From NCBI RefSeq assembly GCF_026571515.1, contig NW_026862271.1, positions 1 to 64,000 on the forward strand: 64,000 bases of DNA, in the 5' to 3' direction. The position numbers were made by a program, and so were the translations under genes. This stretch comes from Ruditapes philippinarum. Its lineage: Eukaryota. Below the pieces are notes generated by a model. It was given only the letters and a program-made list of their open reading frames with translations. It was not told the origin of the DNA and searched no databases. How positions within the stretch are numbered: the first letter of the stretch is position 1; each line of letters opens with the position of its first letter. Shown piece by piece: positions 1 through 13,649 of the stretch.

Positions 1-974
1 CAATTAAAAAGTGTTGTCAGACATATTTTAAATCAAAATTCTACCGAAACATACTTTTTTTTTTCCTTTGGATGCCAAATATATACATTCTTTTTACATT
101 GCAAACTTCCATCTGAAACCAACGTGGTAGAACTACTTTCAATCCGTATTGTTTCAGAGGTTATTATAGATAATAGCCGAGGATGTTTCGATTGAAAAGT
201 CAGGTTGCATGCATGTTATTTGCCTCATGTGAGTGTTCAATGATTGGACATGAAAATGTCCCGTATTTCACTCCAGAGTTGTATTATGATATTGAACCTA
301 TGTGAGCTTCTTCAAAGCTTTTCAATCCACACATTTACTGATTGATACATATTGCAGTCTAAAAAAGAGAGAAAATCTGACCGTTGTGACAATTTACAGA
401 ATCACTATTAATAGCGAGGTCCACATGTTCGAATATAAACCGTGTTTGTTTTGTTTGTTTGCTTGTTTTTGCCCGTATAACTTTTACTTCTACAGCTTCC
501 GAGCAACACTAGCTAGGTACTGCGCGTACATGTATACCAAACGTATTGTAGTCTGAAGATTTTCGAGAGAAAATTAAGTTAACTTATCTGGTTTCAAGCA
601 CCTTAAGTGCTTGTATAATTATACAAACCCTTAATGATTTTTGTAAGTATTGTGAAGATAATGCCCTGAATTAAAATAAAGAAGAATTTTCTTCTAACAC
701 AATGCACAATGCGTGAGTATTTATCCTGATTTATAGTTAAAGAAACAGTATTCCAGGCCCAAGTGTGGTCCTCAACCAAAAATGTTGATCTAGAGATCTC
801 TCTTGTGATTGTAACCTACTACATATAGGGAAGCCAATACTAAGGGGTCATCATGATTACCAATACCAGTAAAGTTATCTCATTGTCAGTTCATAACGTG
901 TAATACAAAAATGTATATCTGCATGTAAGATACATAGACAATACGATAAGTATTATTGCAAGGTTTTGTCACAA

Positions 975-2943
975 TCACAGATGAGTATCTATTTGTTCAT
1001 TTCCTCCATTTTTCAAAGATGTACTTCTTGCTTGTTCGAGATCAAAAGGGGAATCTTCCTTATTTGCGGTATCATTTGAATTATTAAATTCGATGTTGAT
1101 TGAATCCGGTGCAAGTACACGTAATATTGAGAAATTGTTTATATCATCATAACGTACTTGTTCGTCATCTTTAATGCAACTATAGTTGATTACTGCGACA
1201 TCCTCTTTGTAAGTATATGTTTGCCTTTTCATCTCTGCATTCTGAATGTGAAACAATACACGATATAACAACTTTATTTGAGCATATTTTGCTATGAAGT
1301 GATTTTTATGCTGTTATTATTTTGTTATTAGTTTCGGTAGTATCACAAGATTATTCCTTCTTGCAATAGCATGCGACTGTAGGGAAACACTATGAACTAC
1401 TGAGATACTAAAAGTGAAATGACGATTACAACAGCTTCAGTAGTGAAATGCTTGTACGAGCGAGAAAATGATATTGACGACTATAGCTATAGCTTTTTTC
1501 AACGATAGAAACTGAAACAAGAACAATGGCTGTGGCAGTGAAAAAGCTGCAGCGGTGGTAATAGAAATAGTTAAATACATTAGCATAGGAGGTCACATCG
1601 GTATTTTCAAGGAAGACAAAATCAGCCGTAGTAGCTTGCTAAATGGTTAAGCTACTGGATCACTTGATATAACAAAGTAATGAACAGTTTCAATGTAAGC
1701 AGCACTGGCACACATGTGCTTTAATTAAATGTTGTAAATTTTAAGATACTATAAAATCTTCGTGATGAAGATACTTACCCTAGTTTTCAATTTTCTTTTC
1801 ACGATTATCCTAAAATGAAAGTATAGTTTTGTATAATTAAGGCAACATTTCATCTAGCAATAAAGCAAGCAATGCGGGAAATAAAAGGCTAATTATGCGT
1901 CAGAAATCCATAAAAATAAAATTCTTTAGGAATGTCAATGATATTTTGATTCTTTTTAAAAAAAAAATGGATTTGGAGAATGTTAGATGTTTCAAAGCTG
2001 AAAAAAGTATTACTGAATGTACAATAATGTGTCACAAAGGTAGCAAAATGTGAACAAATTAGTATTTTGACTTCCATACAAAATACTAATTTACTATAAT
2101 TATACCAAATGCCAACAAAGTATACCAAAATTATTTCAGTTTTTGTGACATAAAAATGATAGCATTTCTGAGACATAATGGACCTGTTAGAGTATTTTTC
2201 TATCAGTTTGATGCTGGGATCAGTTTGTTAACATTTCTAATTACGTGATTTATTATATTTATAATAACGGATCGGAAGAAATTATTCATATATTCATTGT
2301 ACTCTCGTTTTGTATGCTCATTCAAATTTAATGATAATCATATGTGTATAGTTATCTTTCTTTGTTATAACATTTGAGTTAAATTTATGATATAAAGTGA
2401 TAATGTAAACGAGATTTAGATAAAGAATACACAATGTGTCTATTTTTGTTTCTTCACTTACACGGTCAATATTACAAGAAATAGTAGTAACAAAACACTT
2501 AAAATTGCTATTAAACACGTGTCACTACATTCACTTGTTGTTGCTGCTATTTTTGTTGCCGTTGTGGTCTGCGACGCCGTAGTTGTATAATGATTGTTGG
2601 TCCCAGTAGGTGATGATGAAGTACTGCTGTCAACTGAATAATTTGTACTTGTTTCTGTTGTGGTAAACTGACGGGAAGTGCCAGTAGGTTTGAATGAAGT
2701 GAATCCATCTGTGGAATAGTTCATACTTGATATTGATGTTGTCATTATCGGACATTTTTGGTCTGTTAAAGTTTCATTTAGCCGACATCTTCGGGATATA
2801 TTGCAAGTCTCTAAATGACTCAGATTTTGTGTCAATGCATGATTATAAAAATCACTGTACTCCATCATTGGTGGTGGACACGGTGCATAATTTAGCATGT
2901 CATGTTCTAATCCACAAAATAACGTTCCGCATGTCATGTACAT
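975..2943 (-). CDS. Paralog P1 of novel APCPP Cys-rich single-pass membrane protein family, ~259 aa; exons 2943-2462, 1809-1779, 1241-975
   Basis: ORF 2458..2982 gives the Cys domain, Thr/Ser stalk and TM, ending at donor GT|GTAAGT (phase 2). A 31-nt micro-exon (TTTTAG|G..AGG|GTAAGT) encodes IIVKRKLKTR. The terminal exon after TTCAG| is in phase 0 (NAEMK...IDTHL*). All phases are compatible. An acceptor lies at 2983/2982 and the first ATG is at 2943. Confidence 0.8.
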
Positions 2944-4273
2944 TCCTATAATTTTAACCAACAAACAAATATGAACAAACACCTGAATTATTTAATTACA
3001 CTCTAACTCCCAACAATGGTTATCACAAAGTTAATATGTATCTAGGTCTGTTATCGACATTGATAGTATGAGCGCATGTTAAATCAATAGTAAAGCTAAA
3101 ACTATACATAGTTTATGAAAGTAGCGCTGCATTGTATGGAAGCCCTGGAGGGACATTTTAAATTAATTTTTAAAACTTAAAACTTATTATTTAAAATTTA
3201 ATTCTTAAGATTTAAAATTTAGTTTTTAATATTTAGTACTTAAATCTCATCATTAAAATGGACGCGGGAAACCATTCCGTTGACAGATTGACGCCACAAA
3301 GAGCGGCACAGAGAATACGAGTTGCGAAAGAAGTAAAGTAAGTTGGACTTTATGTACAAGAAAAACTGTTTTGAATCACACTATAAGCTAGGACACACAC
3401 ACGCACTTGATATCATGGTGAGGACTGGCTTGGACGGGTTTATTTATTTATTTTGCAAAAGACTATCCGTCCCAGACTGTAGGGGTTAAAGGTCAAAATT
3501 GGGCTGAGGGAATATAAAATAACTTGGTACAATTGTTCACCGCCATGACAAGGTGTGTAGAACGTAAGACCCATGCTTAAAGGTCAGAGTCACATTCAGC
3601 TGTCTTTTTTTTATACCTACATTGACTAGTCGTCCATTTTTGATGCAGTTCACAGCGTCTGCAATAAAATAAGCATAACAATCAAGAAGGCTGGACATGC
3701 TACCCTTGGGGATCTAGTTAAAAAGCTTAATAAAAAGCCTTGATTTTAAGACGAGTGTTTAGGGTCACCATCATCCTACTAGTATGATCATTGATTTGCA
3801 TTGGAAATTTACATTATCAGTCTTATAGGTTGTAGTAGTGTGCTTTTAAATGCCTGCAGTTTGCAAAAACCTTGCCACAGATTTTGGTAAAAGTTTTTGC
3901 TCAATGAAAGTGAAATGATAAACAAATACAATGTCAAAGAAGAATCTATACTGAAAGAAACCTCATTTTACCACAATTTATAAAGTCAGAGGCGTTCTGA
4001 AATAATTGCATCAATCCATTAATTGTACTGCAACAACTCTACATAGTTTATTGACTGGTTTACAGTACTGCAAAATACATTTTAACAGCTGATTTTATCG
4101 ATAATGATTGGGAATGTATAGTTGAAACTTTTAATTTAAGTTATAATATTTTCAAAGAGTCTGTTATTTATGTTTTTTGAGGTTATTTTTTTTGACATCA
4201 GTTATAAGGTATGTCCCTCTAAGGCCAAAATTGTATGAAATTGGTTCTTAATAAAACCTCTAATATATTTTAG

Positions 4274-5400
4274 GCAACTGCTGTGAAGAAAGGCAAAGGA
4301 CAAAGCAGTGCATGTAAAATGAAAATGGGATGGCAGAACTACCGAGATGGAAAGTACAGAGTTGATACTGAATCAAAAGGTGGATAAGCACGAGTGATGT
4401 ATTAAACATTTGGGGAAAGTCTGGCAGTAGAAAGAATAAGAAATAAAGCGCTTAGTACGGAGAAAGTAACATGGACAGTGTGGAGGACTACGACTTCTCA
4501 TTGGCTTAAGCATCAGGACAAGTAATTAACAGTTATACTGATGTAGACCAAAAACCATGCAGTTTCACAGAGTATTTTTACAGCTTACAATTTGTCTGCG
4601 TCACAGTGCCATATATACCTGAGATAAAAAAGGAGGACAAAAGTTTCATGATAAATGGAGTCCCTGTGGACAGAACTATTAACATAAAGTACAGCAAAAT
4701 CAAGCACTCATTATATTCTGAAGAACAATCTGAACTATTTGCCAATCAATATCGCGGTGCTTTAATAGGTCTGGGAGTCCAGAAAAAAGATAATTCATGA
4801 ATATGATCCGTTTGAAGGAAGATGGGTATGTGGTTTCTAGAATAGAAGTACAGAACAAAGTCTTCCTAGAAAGAGAGGAAAACGTTTATATTTGTCCAGA
4901 AGCTTCATCGCAGCAACATTTTGTATCGAATGTGCTAAATCAAATATTTGGTTTTTTTAAGTTAAAAATAGTAATTGTTTGGTTCTTGGTAAATCACAAT
5001 TGTTCATGATAATAATTACATTCATTTAAAAATGGTTGATAAACGGAAATTTATTTTGTAGTAATATCAATCGTTGTTCTGTTTTCATGTGAAATTGTAG
5101 GCAACTGACATATATGCTGTAGCCCTGTGATAATTATAAGCATACCAACTTATTGACAAATATAGATTATAATGTGATTATGATTATTATAATAATGTTT
5201 GCTTCTTAAACACCTTTATCTATGTAAAAAGTTGGTTTTTTGTACCTGCCAAATGCACACAGCACATTTGTGGCATATGTTTATTTTTAGTGGCAATTAT
5301 TGTTTTATTTCTCACCCACATGGCAAAACTTGCTATGTTTTTAACGTTACCTGAAAACATGAATCGTGTTATGAATACCCTTTTATTTTTATGATGTAGC
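4274..5400 (+). pseudogene. Degenerate second (passenger) ORF inside the IS3EU element
   Basis: After acceptor tttttag|4274 it reads ATAVKKGKGQSSACKMKMGWQNYRDGKYRVDTESKGG*. Further coding-like ORFs lie at 4606-5009, with a Cys/His cluster (KCTQHICGIC) near 5245. Stops and frameshifts are present. Confidence 0.35.
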
Positions 5401-6027
5401 ATACAGTAAGTAGTTACCCCAGATTGTTATTAATTGGAAGTTGAACCTGAAGCGATTGTAGATACCTTTGATTTTGTACTTTGATTAGTCACAGTAATTA
5501 AAGAGTAAAAGTTGTTACACTGACTTTGCTGCCTTATTTTTAAAGTGGACTGTAATTATACTTTTTAACAAACAACTATAGCCTATCTATACGCCATCAG
5601 TAAGGGAAAAAAGATTAGCATAAGGGATGATACCAAAGATGTCAAAGTTCTGTACTACTATTTCTTTCGCGGAACCTGTAACCAGATATCAATTTCTTGT
5701 AACCAACTGTTTTTAAAAAATGTCGAAAATGTTGGGGTTTCTTGTCATTAATAATTTCAGCCATTTTAGCTCAGAAGAGTAAGTTTCTTTACAATAAACG
5801 CAAAATAAACAAAATATAGATGGTTCAAGAGCTTGTCACAGACTTAATGGATCAAACAATAGTATACAAAAAAATAGATAAATACAGAATACAGAAAAGT
5901 TTGTTTGCCAGTTTTTTTTTAAAACAATATTTTAGATGCGTAACTATATGCATTGAAAACTGTTCAGAAATGAATAAAGCTCTGTGATTAATTCAATAAA
6001 GAGAAAATCTGATATATCTTGATTCCT

Positions 6028-6530
6028 TTTTAGCTCAGCTCAAAGGTGAGCTATTGTCATTGCCCGCTGTTTGTCGTCTGTTGGTGTGTTTCTCAACATT
6101 TCCCTTGTGAACACAATACAGGTCACATTTTGTATCCCATCTTCTTCAAAATTGCTCAGAATGTTTATCTAATTGTTTTTTAGGTTAATTTTTAATCTGG
6201 GTTATCTGGGGTTATAAACTATGTCACTAGTTCAAATAAGAAGAACATAGGGAACACTTTAGATGCTGTATTTTCAACTTGAACAACTTTCAGAATATTC
6301 GTCTGGATAATCTTCAGGTCGAGTTTGAAGCTGGGTCATATGCGGTAAATAGGTCAAATCAAAGAAAAACATTTTGAACACTACAGGTCTTTTTCATTTG
6401 AAACAACTTGTAACTTTATCATAGGTCATATATGTAGGTCAAAGTTGAAATTTGGTCTTTTGTGGTTAAAAAGTCCTAAAATTTGACCCCTTCTGGAGAA
6501 CATTTGGCAAAATTCAAAGAGCTCAAAATG
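6028..6530 (+). mobile_element. Degenerate HINE (Helentron-associated, pearl-like) nested in the IS3EU element
   Basis: Starts TTTTTAGCTCAGCTCAAAGGTGAGCTATTGTCA, followed by a GTCT-like microsatellite and degenerate repeat units. Confidence 0.5.
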
Positions 6531-6974
6531 TTTATCTTCTAATTTCCTACATACGGTTTACTTAGATTTCTAGTAATATTTACTCTGAGTCAGATTTGTC
6601 ATGCAATCAGCAATGTAGGATCAGAATGTTTCAAGAGAGGTCTCGTGTTTAAGTTATTTTATTATTATTTTTTCCGTTTGATTTATGACCTTTTCTAACA
6701 ATAAGTAACGCGAACTCGTGAAATTTTAACTAGCAGTTAAACATAAAAAAGCACATACTTCAAAAAAACATGAACATCAGAAAAACATGAACATCAATGT
6801 TTATTCATTAAAAAGTATATATATTATTGTCTAATGTTCAATCATTTGTATTTGTTTCATATTCAATATCCTACAAATCAACATAAACACCATAATCAGT
6901 AGAACCTGATAGTTCTAGTACATTAAACAACATTTTATTTCTGTTTCTCCAGTACAAGTGTCTACACGTTTCTG

Positions 6975-7315
6975 TGGTCAAATTCCAGTGAATACAATGC
7001 GATAAAGTCCCGCTAGAAGAACATCCGTTACATAAATTGCAAGCATTCTGCATGAATAGGGTTTGACGTATCAATTCGTTCAGGAGCTCTCAAATCCTTC
7101 AATGTATTCATCCACCTTGGTACAATAAGCCGTCTCCGCTAAACTGCAATTCTTTTTCTACTGTACCTGTACGATTTCTTGTGAAGTATACATGACACGG
7201 TGACGCCCTTAAATATTACAACGAAGTATCCTCTTTAACTGACGAAGACCAAGACGTATGTTGTGGCGACAAAGTAAAACAATTTCTGCGTACTTCAAGT
7301 CAGCATGAAAGTTTT
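6975..7315 (-). pseudogene. IS3EU-like transposase remnant
   Basis: Frame-disrupted peptides FHADLKYAEIVLLCRHNIRLGLRQLKRILR, VEKELQFSGDG, IDTSNPIHAECLQF and HWN resemble the N-terminal HTH and C-terminal parts of IS3EU-type transposases as I recall them. The DDE core appears deleted. Confidence 0.55.
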
Positions 7316-10300
7316 CACTTCTAACCTGGTGCTTCCGTTTTCAGTGGTAATAGGGATGACACAATTGTTGACACAGGAGTCATTGTCAATAAAATGATAA
7401 AGGCAAACTTCAACGGGATCTCCATGGTTACGACCTTAAAAGAAATAAAAATAAATGAAATATAGCGTTATAAAAACAAAGGGCTGGGGCTGTCAACATG
7501 TAATATTGTTATCCACCACCAACAACTAAACGTTATCGTTAGACAAACCTAACCCCCTGACTATTTGACACCATGTAATCAATAAAATGTAAAGCGGCAC
7601 CGTATCTGGTGTCTTTGATAAAACTAACATATCTTAATCGTTTCAACTGTTAGCATGAAAAATATAACAATCGAGATATAATAGTTCAGGGAATGTTATT
7701 GTGTATATAAAAAATGACAATTACCTGTAGGCAGCTACATCGAATTTCCCAGTTTTTCTTCGTGCAGAGACCGTTGAATTCAAATACCCGCGTCTTATGT
7801 TTTCTGATCTTAATTTTTAAGTAATAAGAATTAATTTTTAAATATTAAGAATTAAATTTTAAATATTAAGAATTAAATAATAAGTTTTAAATATTAATCT
7901 AAAATGTCCCTCCAGGGCTTCCATAGCATTGTTATATTTGATTATTTCTCATCACATATATAATTTCAATATCTAACTTTGTTTAATATGCTAATACAGG
8001 AATATAACTCTTTGGTATATATATATATATGTTATATTTATTAGAAGCAATTTTTCTAAATCTTTGATGTTTGTTTATTATTTTATCTATACATTTATAT
8101 GGTAATGTTTTCATAAATGAAAAATGGGTAAGATTTTTTCGGAATTTCTTCACTTATATCATTTATACATTCCTATTGTGATATATGGTGCGAAAATAAC
8201 CCGCCTTTTATTTTCTTTTAACGCTTAATAAGTACCATACCAGTAAAAATTTGGTTGTACAAGCGAATCTTACTGTGACTTCTATTTCTTGAATTCACAC
8301 AACTTAATACCAGATTTACAGGAAAGAACATGTTATATTATGGAATTCTTGTTAAACAGACCTCCTTCGATGGCAAGTGACAGATTTCCAATTTATCATT
8401 AATGAAATTCGTCACCAATAACAATACGGCTAAGGTGTAAACAAAGTAGTAGTAAAGATAGAGAAAAGAGGATGTTGGAAAAACTAATGGGGAGCCCCAT
8501 GTTGTCGGATGGTTGAATCCCAAAGTACTCAAAAGCTTTGTAGACAAAAAAATGGAGGAATTATTACTCATGAAACAAATTCTTCGTAGTTTACTAAATG
8601 CTCAACTACTTAAATAATTTCTTTCGGTAGATCTGTGTTTTTGTGAAATTTCAATAAGCTTCGGATATATTTCGATGCATTAGAAAATGTCGTATAAACA
8701 AGGAATGTTAGAAACAAAATGTATTATATCGCATCATAATTGCGCTCATATCTTAAATTACGTTATCTTAAAGGATGCGCATGTGTGTGCACATGTAGCG
8801 TCTATGTGTGGGTGTGGGTGAAGTTTGTTTTTTGTTTTTTTTTTGGGGGGGGGGGGGTAGCATTGTTACAGTTTTAAGGCCTTAATTCTCATATGTTCAT
8901 GAAATGTGTAATTTAGTGTAATTGTATTAGAAATAACTCAACGGATAAATTAGTAATAAATAAGGAAAGAAAATATTGAAAATTATTAAATCTATAAAAT
9001 GTCTGCTTGAAAATGTTGACATAATTATGTTAAAAAAACAATAACAAACGAACAAACGAACAAAAGCTCTATGATAAGAAACATTCTGTTTAAATTCTGC
9101 TATATTGCAAACATTGTGCTGTCACATGTATTAATATTTATGCACATGTTTATGATAGCTATAAGAATTTATTCATGCTTGTAAAACAATAAAAATAAAA
9201 CACAATAACTGCAAGCACGTTCATATTTTTAACACTTAGCAATAACTGCAAGCATGTTCATGAGCTCGTTATAAATATGGCCTCAAACTCATTAAAACAA
9301 TACGTGTTCCTTAGTCTGAATAAAACATGTTTCAATGATAAACGAAGGATCAATTTCTTGAGTTAAATAGGTCAAGGACTTGTTGTGCACCAATGTGCAA
9401 ATAGCTAGCTCAAATAACATAATTTAACCGTTTCGAAATCGTATTCATGCAGGTGATTTTCATGATTTGATAACGGGCGAAACACCACATGAAGCCACAA
9501 AAATTTGTTTTATGCTAAAAGCAAATAGACAATGATTATGCAGACGATCGTGCAGTTCTCTTTATTATACGTGTGCATATGAATGATTGAGATAACGAGT
9601 AACACGGTAGTATTTAAAATTAATGTGTCTTGCATATGCATTTGTAAAATGTTAACAAAGGCAAAAGAGAGCAGCTGAGTTAAAATAAACAAAGAATATT
9701 TCTTCTTTTCAAGTGTTTTATTGCTGTTTAAAGATAACAGTCGCACAATACAAGGCGCTCAGTTTTATGGAGGTCGTGAGACTTTTCAAACTTTTCAAAA
9801 TTATATAGGATAGGTATTTTGTTTCACTGAACTGTAAAAAAAATTATGATTGTGAAACAAATGGTTTAATAGATAATTTTGTATACAATATATATATGAT
9901 ATATATATAATCAGTCATTTTATGATTTAAACAATAAAAATGTTTCACAGCTATTTGACATTTTTAAGAAAAGTGCATCCACGAATACTGATTGATTGAT
10001 AAAAAAATGATTAAATTTTGATTTGTTTTATGTTAAAATTTTCGACCTCTTTCATTTCCTTTCTTTCGAGGATGCGTAATATTGTATCAATTGCAACTTT
10101 TACAATGATGCCTGCAACAGTCGCATCACTTTAATGTGCAACAGTTACTCTTTTCTCAAAGTCCGTGCATATTTTTTGAGCAATTAAAACATTCTTATTT
10201 TAAACTCATCGCAAGTGATCTCATTAAAACACGTTATTACAGGATAACATTTTCGACGTGTACTGATTGTGTACCGAATACGCTGTTTCTTTTGTTCTGT

Positions 10301-10316
10301 TCCTCAATTGTCATAT

Positions 10317-10904
10317 GAGCCGCGTCATGACAAAACCAACATAATGGGTTTGCGACCAGCATGGATCCAGACCAGCCTGCGCATCCGCGCAGTCTGATCA
10401 GGATCCATGCTGTTCGCTTACATACTCTATAACAATGTTCATGTTTGTGCCATGTTATGTCTCACTCCATTGAATGTACATTATACTAACATATTTGTCT
10501 TATCTTGTCCCTGTGTTGTTGATTTTTTTTCTGATCGCTATCATATTTAAGTGATTGCAAGTTAATAAATTATAATTTCAAATTCAAGTTATCCATGAAT
10601 ATTTAGGATTTATCTATAAAAGATATTAATAAAAGACGTTACACTTTATCGTTTGTTAAATCACAACTATTTTCTTTCACTATATTTTTTGTATTATTTG
10701 ACTCAAATGAAATGAGATATGCAGTTTTTATGTCAAGATTATAAGTCTGATCAGGATCCATGCTGTTCGCTATCAGTTTCTCTACTTGTTATAGGGTTTG
10801 TAAGCGAACAGCATGGATCCTGATCAGACTGCGCGGATGCGCAGGCTGGTCTGGATCCATGCTGGTCGCAAACGCATTACGTTGGTTTTGTCGTGACGCG
10901 GCTC
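10317..10904. mobile_element. Two truncated Sola-type palindromic MITE copies in opposite orientation around ~300 bp of unrelated DNA
   Basis: 10317-10435 and 10744-10904 match the MITE at 14904-15138. Their central spacers are in opposite orientation and the flanks (ATAT vs AATT) do not form a TSD. Confidence 0.7.
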
Positions 10905-10989
10905 AATTTATCACTGAAGTGGGCTGAGGCTAAGCCAAGTTTGACTGATTTTAAAAACAATACATAAAATGATTTGTTCCACACGGTGT

Positions 10990-11960
10990 TTTGTTGATAG
11001 CAAATTTATTCTCTTGAAATGTCCTTCACCAATATGGGATCTATTGTTCAGGTTCAGCACTAATCTCATTAACTTGTTCAGGATCTTATTTTTTTAAAAA
11101 CAAACAACATGATACCAGGTTGAACACCAATTGTCAAAATGACCACTGTATCAGAGACATAGGCAAAAATCTTTAGTATATTGGTTAAGGTAATCCCTTT
11201 TTCTGTAAAACTTTAACCTGTCATTTGTCGATATCTCAAATGATTTTGATCAAAGTTGCACTTAAACAAAAGATGTAGGCTTTTTACAGAACCATTACAT
11301 GTGACCTGGAGGTTAAGATCCTGATTAAGTCTTAACTTGGACCCCAAAAGAATAGACTCTGTCTTGCCAAAATGCAAAGACAATTTATTATCAATCACTA
11401 ATAAGACTCATGTCATAAGATTGAATTTCTTCAACTCCAGATTTATTTTTACCAGACACAGGGGTACCTGAGTCATCAGCATATAGTTTATTGCTTATAA
11501 CTGCAGTCATGTCATTGACATATATAAAAATAAAAAAGGATATAGAATGGACTCCTAGGAGACATGTAATGGGAGCATTAGTAGAATGAGTACCAGCCAC
11601 ATCCATCAGCTGCTGTTTATCAGAGAGAAGACTTGAACCATGTAAGAATGTCATTATCTATGCTAAATGTTTGAAGTTTCAAGTGCAGCATGGTCAGTTG
11701 TATCAAATGCCTTTTGTAGATCTCAAAGTGTCATGACTACAATATTGCCTTTGTCCATTTGTAATTTAATATAATCTGTTATACGAATCAAACATGTGTC
11801 AGTTGAAAAACCACTTCCCAAACCTAAAAGAAACTGATAAAACAAACCCCTTAAGTTAAGACTCAACTTACAACTCTCTCAATAATTTTAGAACCTATTT
11901 AACATTGAAACAGGGCTATAATTACCAACATGCTTTTGTCACTTTTCTTGCACAAAGGGA
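10990..11960 (-). pseudogene. Non-LTR retrotransposon (CR1/L2-group) reverse transcriptase fragment
   Basis: Motifs GNYSPVS, DLQKAFDT, YVNDM, LYADDS and LSLHFGKTESILLG, with frameshifts. Confidence 0.85.
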
Positions 11961-13649
11961 TATCTGACAATTACATGCATACTTGACAGTAAATGCTGCA
12001 TTATTGTGCAAACAGTCAGCTACCGTTGTTATTGATATTCTATATTAATACGACAGATACAATGTAGATTTGTACTTTTGAAACCTGCAACCAACAGCAA
12101 TGAGTAAGGGTAACTGTGCACCAAACCTACGGATATTTTTTCTTATATCAGAAAACAATTTTAGTTTAACATTGTTTGATAAATGAATCACAACAAGAGA
12201 AATAATCGATACCGACTTCGTCAATTATTACCAACATGGTAATCTTTCAGTTGAGATTGTAAATGTATAGGTTAACCGGGATCCCTTATCCCTAATGATT
12301 TTGGCACTTGAAATTTCAGGAATTGTTGCACTGTAAGACTACTTTATTAATATGCTACCGATGCTTATCCAATATTTCATAATCTTAAAAGATTTTCAAA
12401 ATAGCGCCACAATCAACGTTTTACAATTAATCAAAAGACGATTAATTAAAATTCCTAGCTGGAAATCACTTTGTTTGGGACAGTCATAGCAACTATAGCA
12501 ATAATTTAAAGGAATAAGTATCATGAATTTATTGTCTAGTTAATCAATGAGTGAGAGCATGGTGGTATACAGATGGAAGCTGTATACAAATTAATTATAA
12601 ATATGTTAAATTAGCATTTGATAATCCATATCTTTTTCAAAACAAACAGCACAATAATGAACTGAATTTTGTTTTAATAAGGTATTCCTTGTTTAAATCT
12701 TTAATTAATATCTTAGATTTTAAACATTGGAACACGATAGGTGCGTTATTTGTTTCTTTAGTGGGCGATCCTGAGTCTTTTTAAGACAGCTGAAAGCTAC
12801 AACAGTTCTATTTGTTATATTTCCGTGCAATTAAAAGCAAGTCTTTCAAAAGATGACTTTTATTAATCTTAACCTGCTGGACCCGAAAGTGATAACCCTT
12901 TGCCACCATCTTATTAAGGACAGCTCTGGAAAAATCCAGTAATTCAGTAGCTTAAAAGAATATAGCAAAACCACGAAACCAATAGATGAAAGACATCATG
13001 GAAGACATTAATTAGGTAAAACAATGCAGATCTGGGAGCGATAAAAACATCCATGTATAGACGATATATAAGAAACTGTCCACAAGGACATTTAAATAAT
13101 CACCAATATATGTGTGATTTCTTTTTTACATTTACTCTTTATACAGATTAATACAAGCGTTAGTGTATGATTTATAATACGTGGTATATGTTAAATGGTG
13201 TATCCCTTAACGAACCTATCGCCCTACACATTCTTTACACGTTTGTAAGAGTTGTAAAGGTTTAGGAATCCTTTGAGAATAATGGGGAAGTTTGTTTAAC
13301 AAATTTGTAAAATTGCACAAAAAGTGAAAGAATTATAATTTCACTTTACATGTATATACAAATATAATATTATGTTACATGGACTATGGATGTTCATTCA
13401 ATCACCGAGCGATTGCCTTTTATCATTTTGATATGTCAGTAAAGTCATATCATCCTTAATTATGCCAGAAAATATATTTCTTAACTTAATTTAGCACCGA
13501 AAGTATTTCATAATGTACTCAGTATACACAAAAATAATAAAATATTTAAAAAAAAATTCCTTACAGATATAGTGTGCTTAAATTTGATATTTGAAATTAC
13601 TGATAATTTCCATACAGCCTCTATTTAAAGATATTTTTTTTAAATACAC

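Larger units (their letters stand above)
3135..7925 (-). mobile_element. IS3EU-type DNA transposon, degenerate and internally deleted
   Basis: TIRs TATGGAAGCCCTGGAGGGACATTTTA / TAAAATGTCCCTCCAGGGCTTCCATA with AT-rich subterminal repeats. Perfect 6-bp TSD GCATTG (3129-3134, 7926-7931). TAY..RTA ends with a 6-bp TSD fit IS3EU. Transposase relics lie on the minus strand. Confidence 0.8.

Noticed and set aside
2750-2943. Assigning the Cys domain to TNFR-CRD, EGF or an Ig hinge (CPP)
   Set aside because: The Cys spacing (x16, x24, x5, x10) does not fit those families, and the CPP resemblance is too short.
8338-9746. Hydrophobic ORFs 8338-8571 and 9510-9746 as a sixth paralog
   Set aside because: No APCPP motif or Cys pattern; hydrophobic ORFs are expected by chance in AT-rich DNA.
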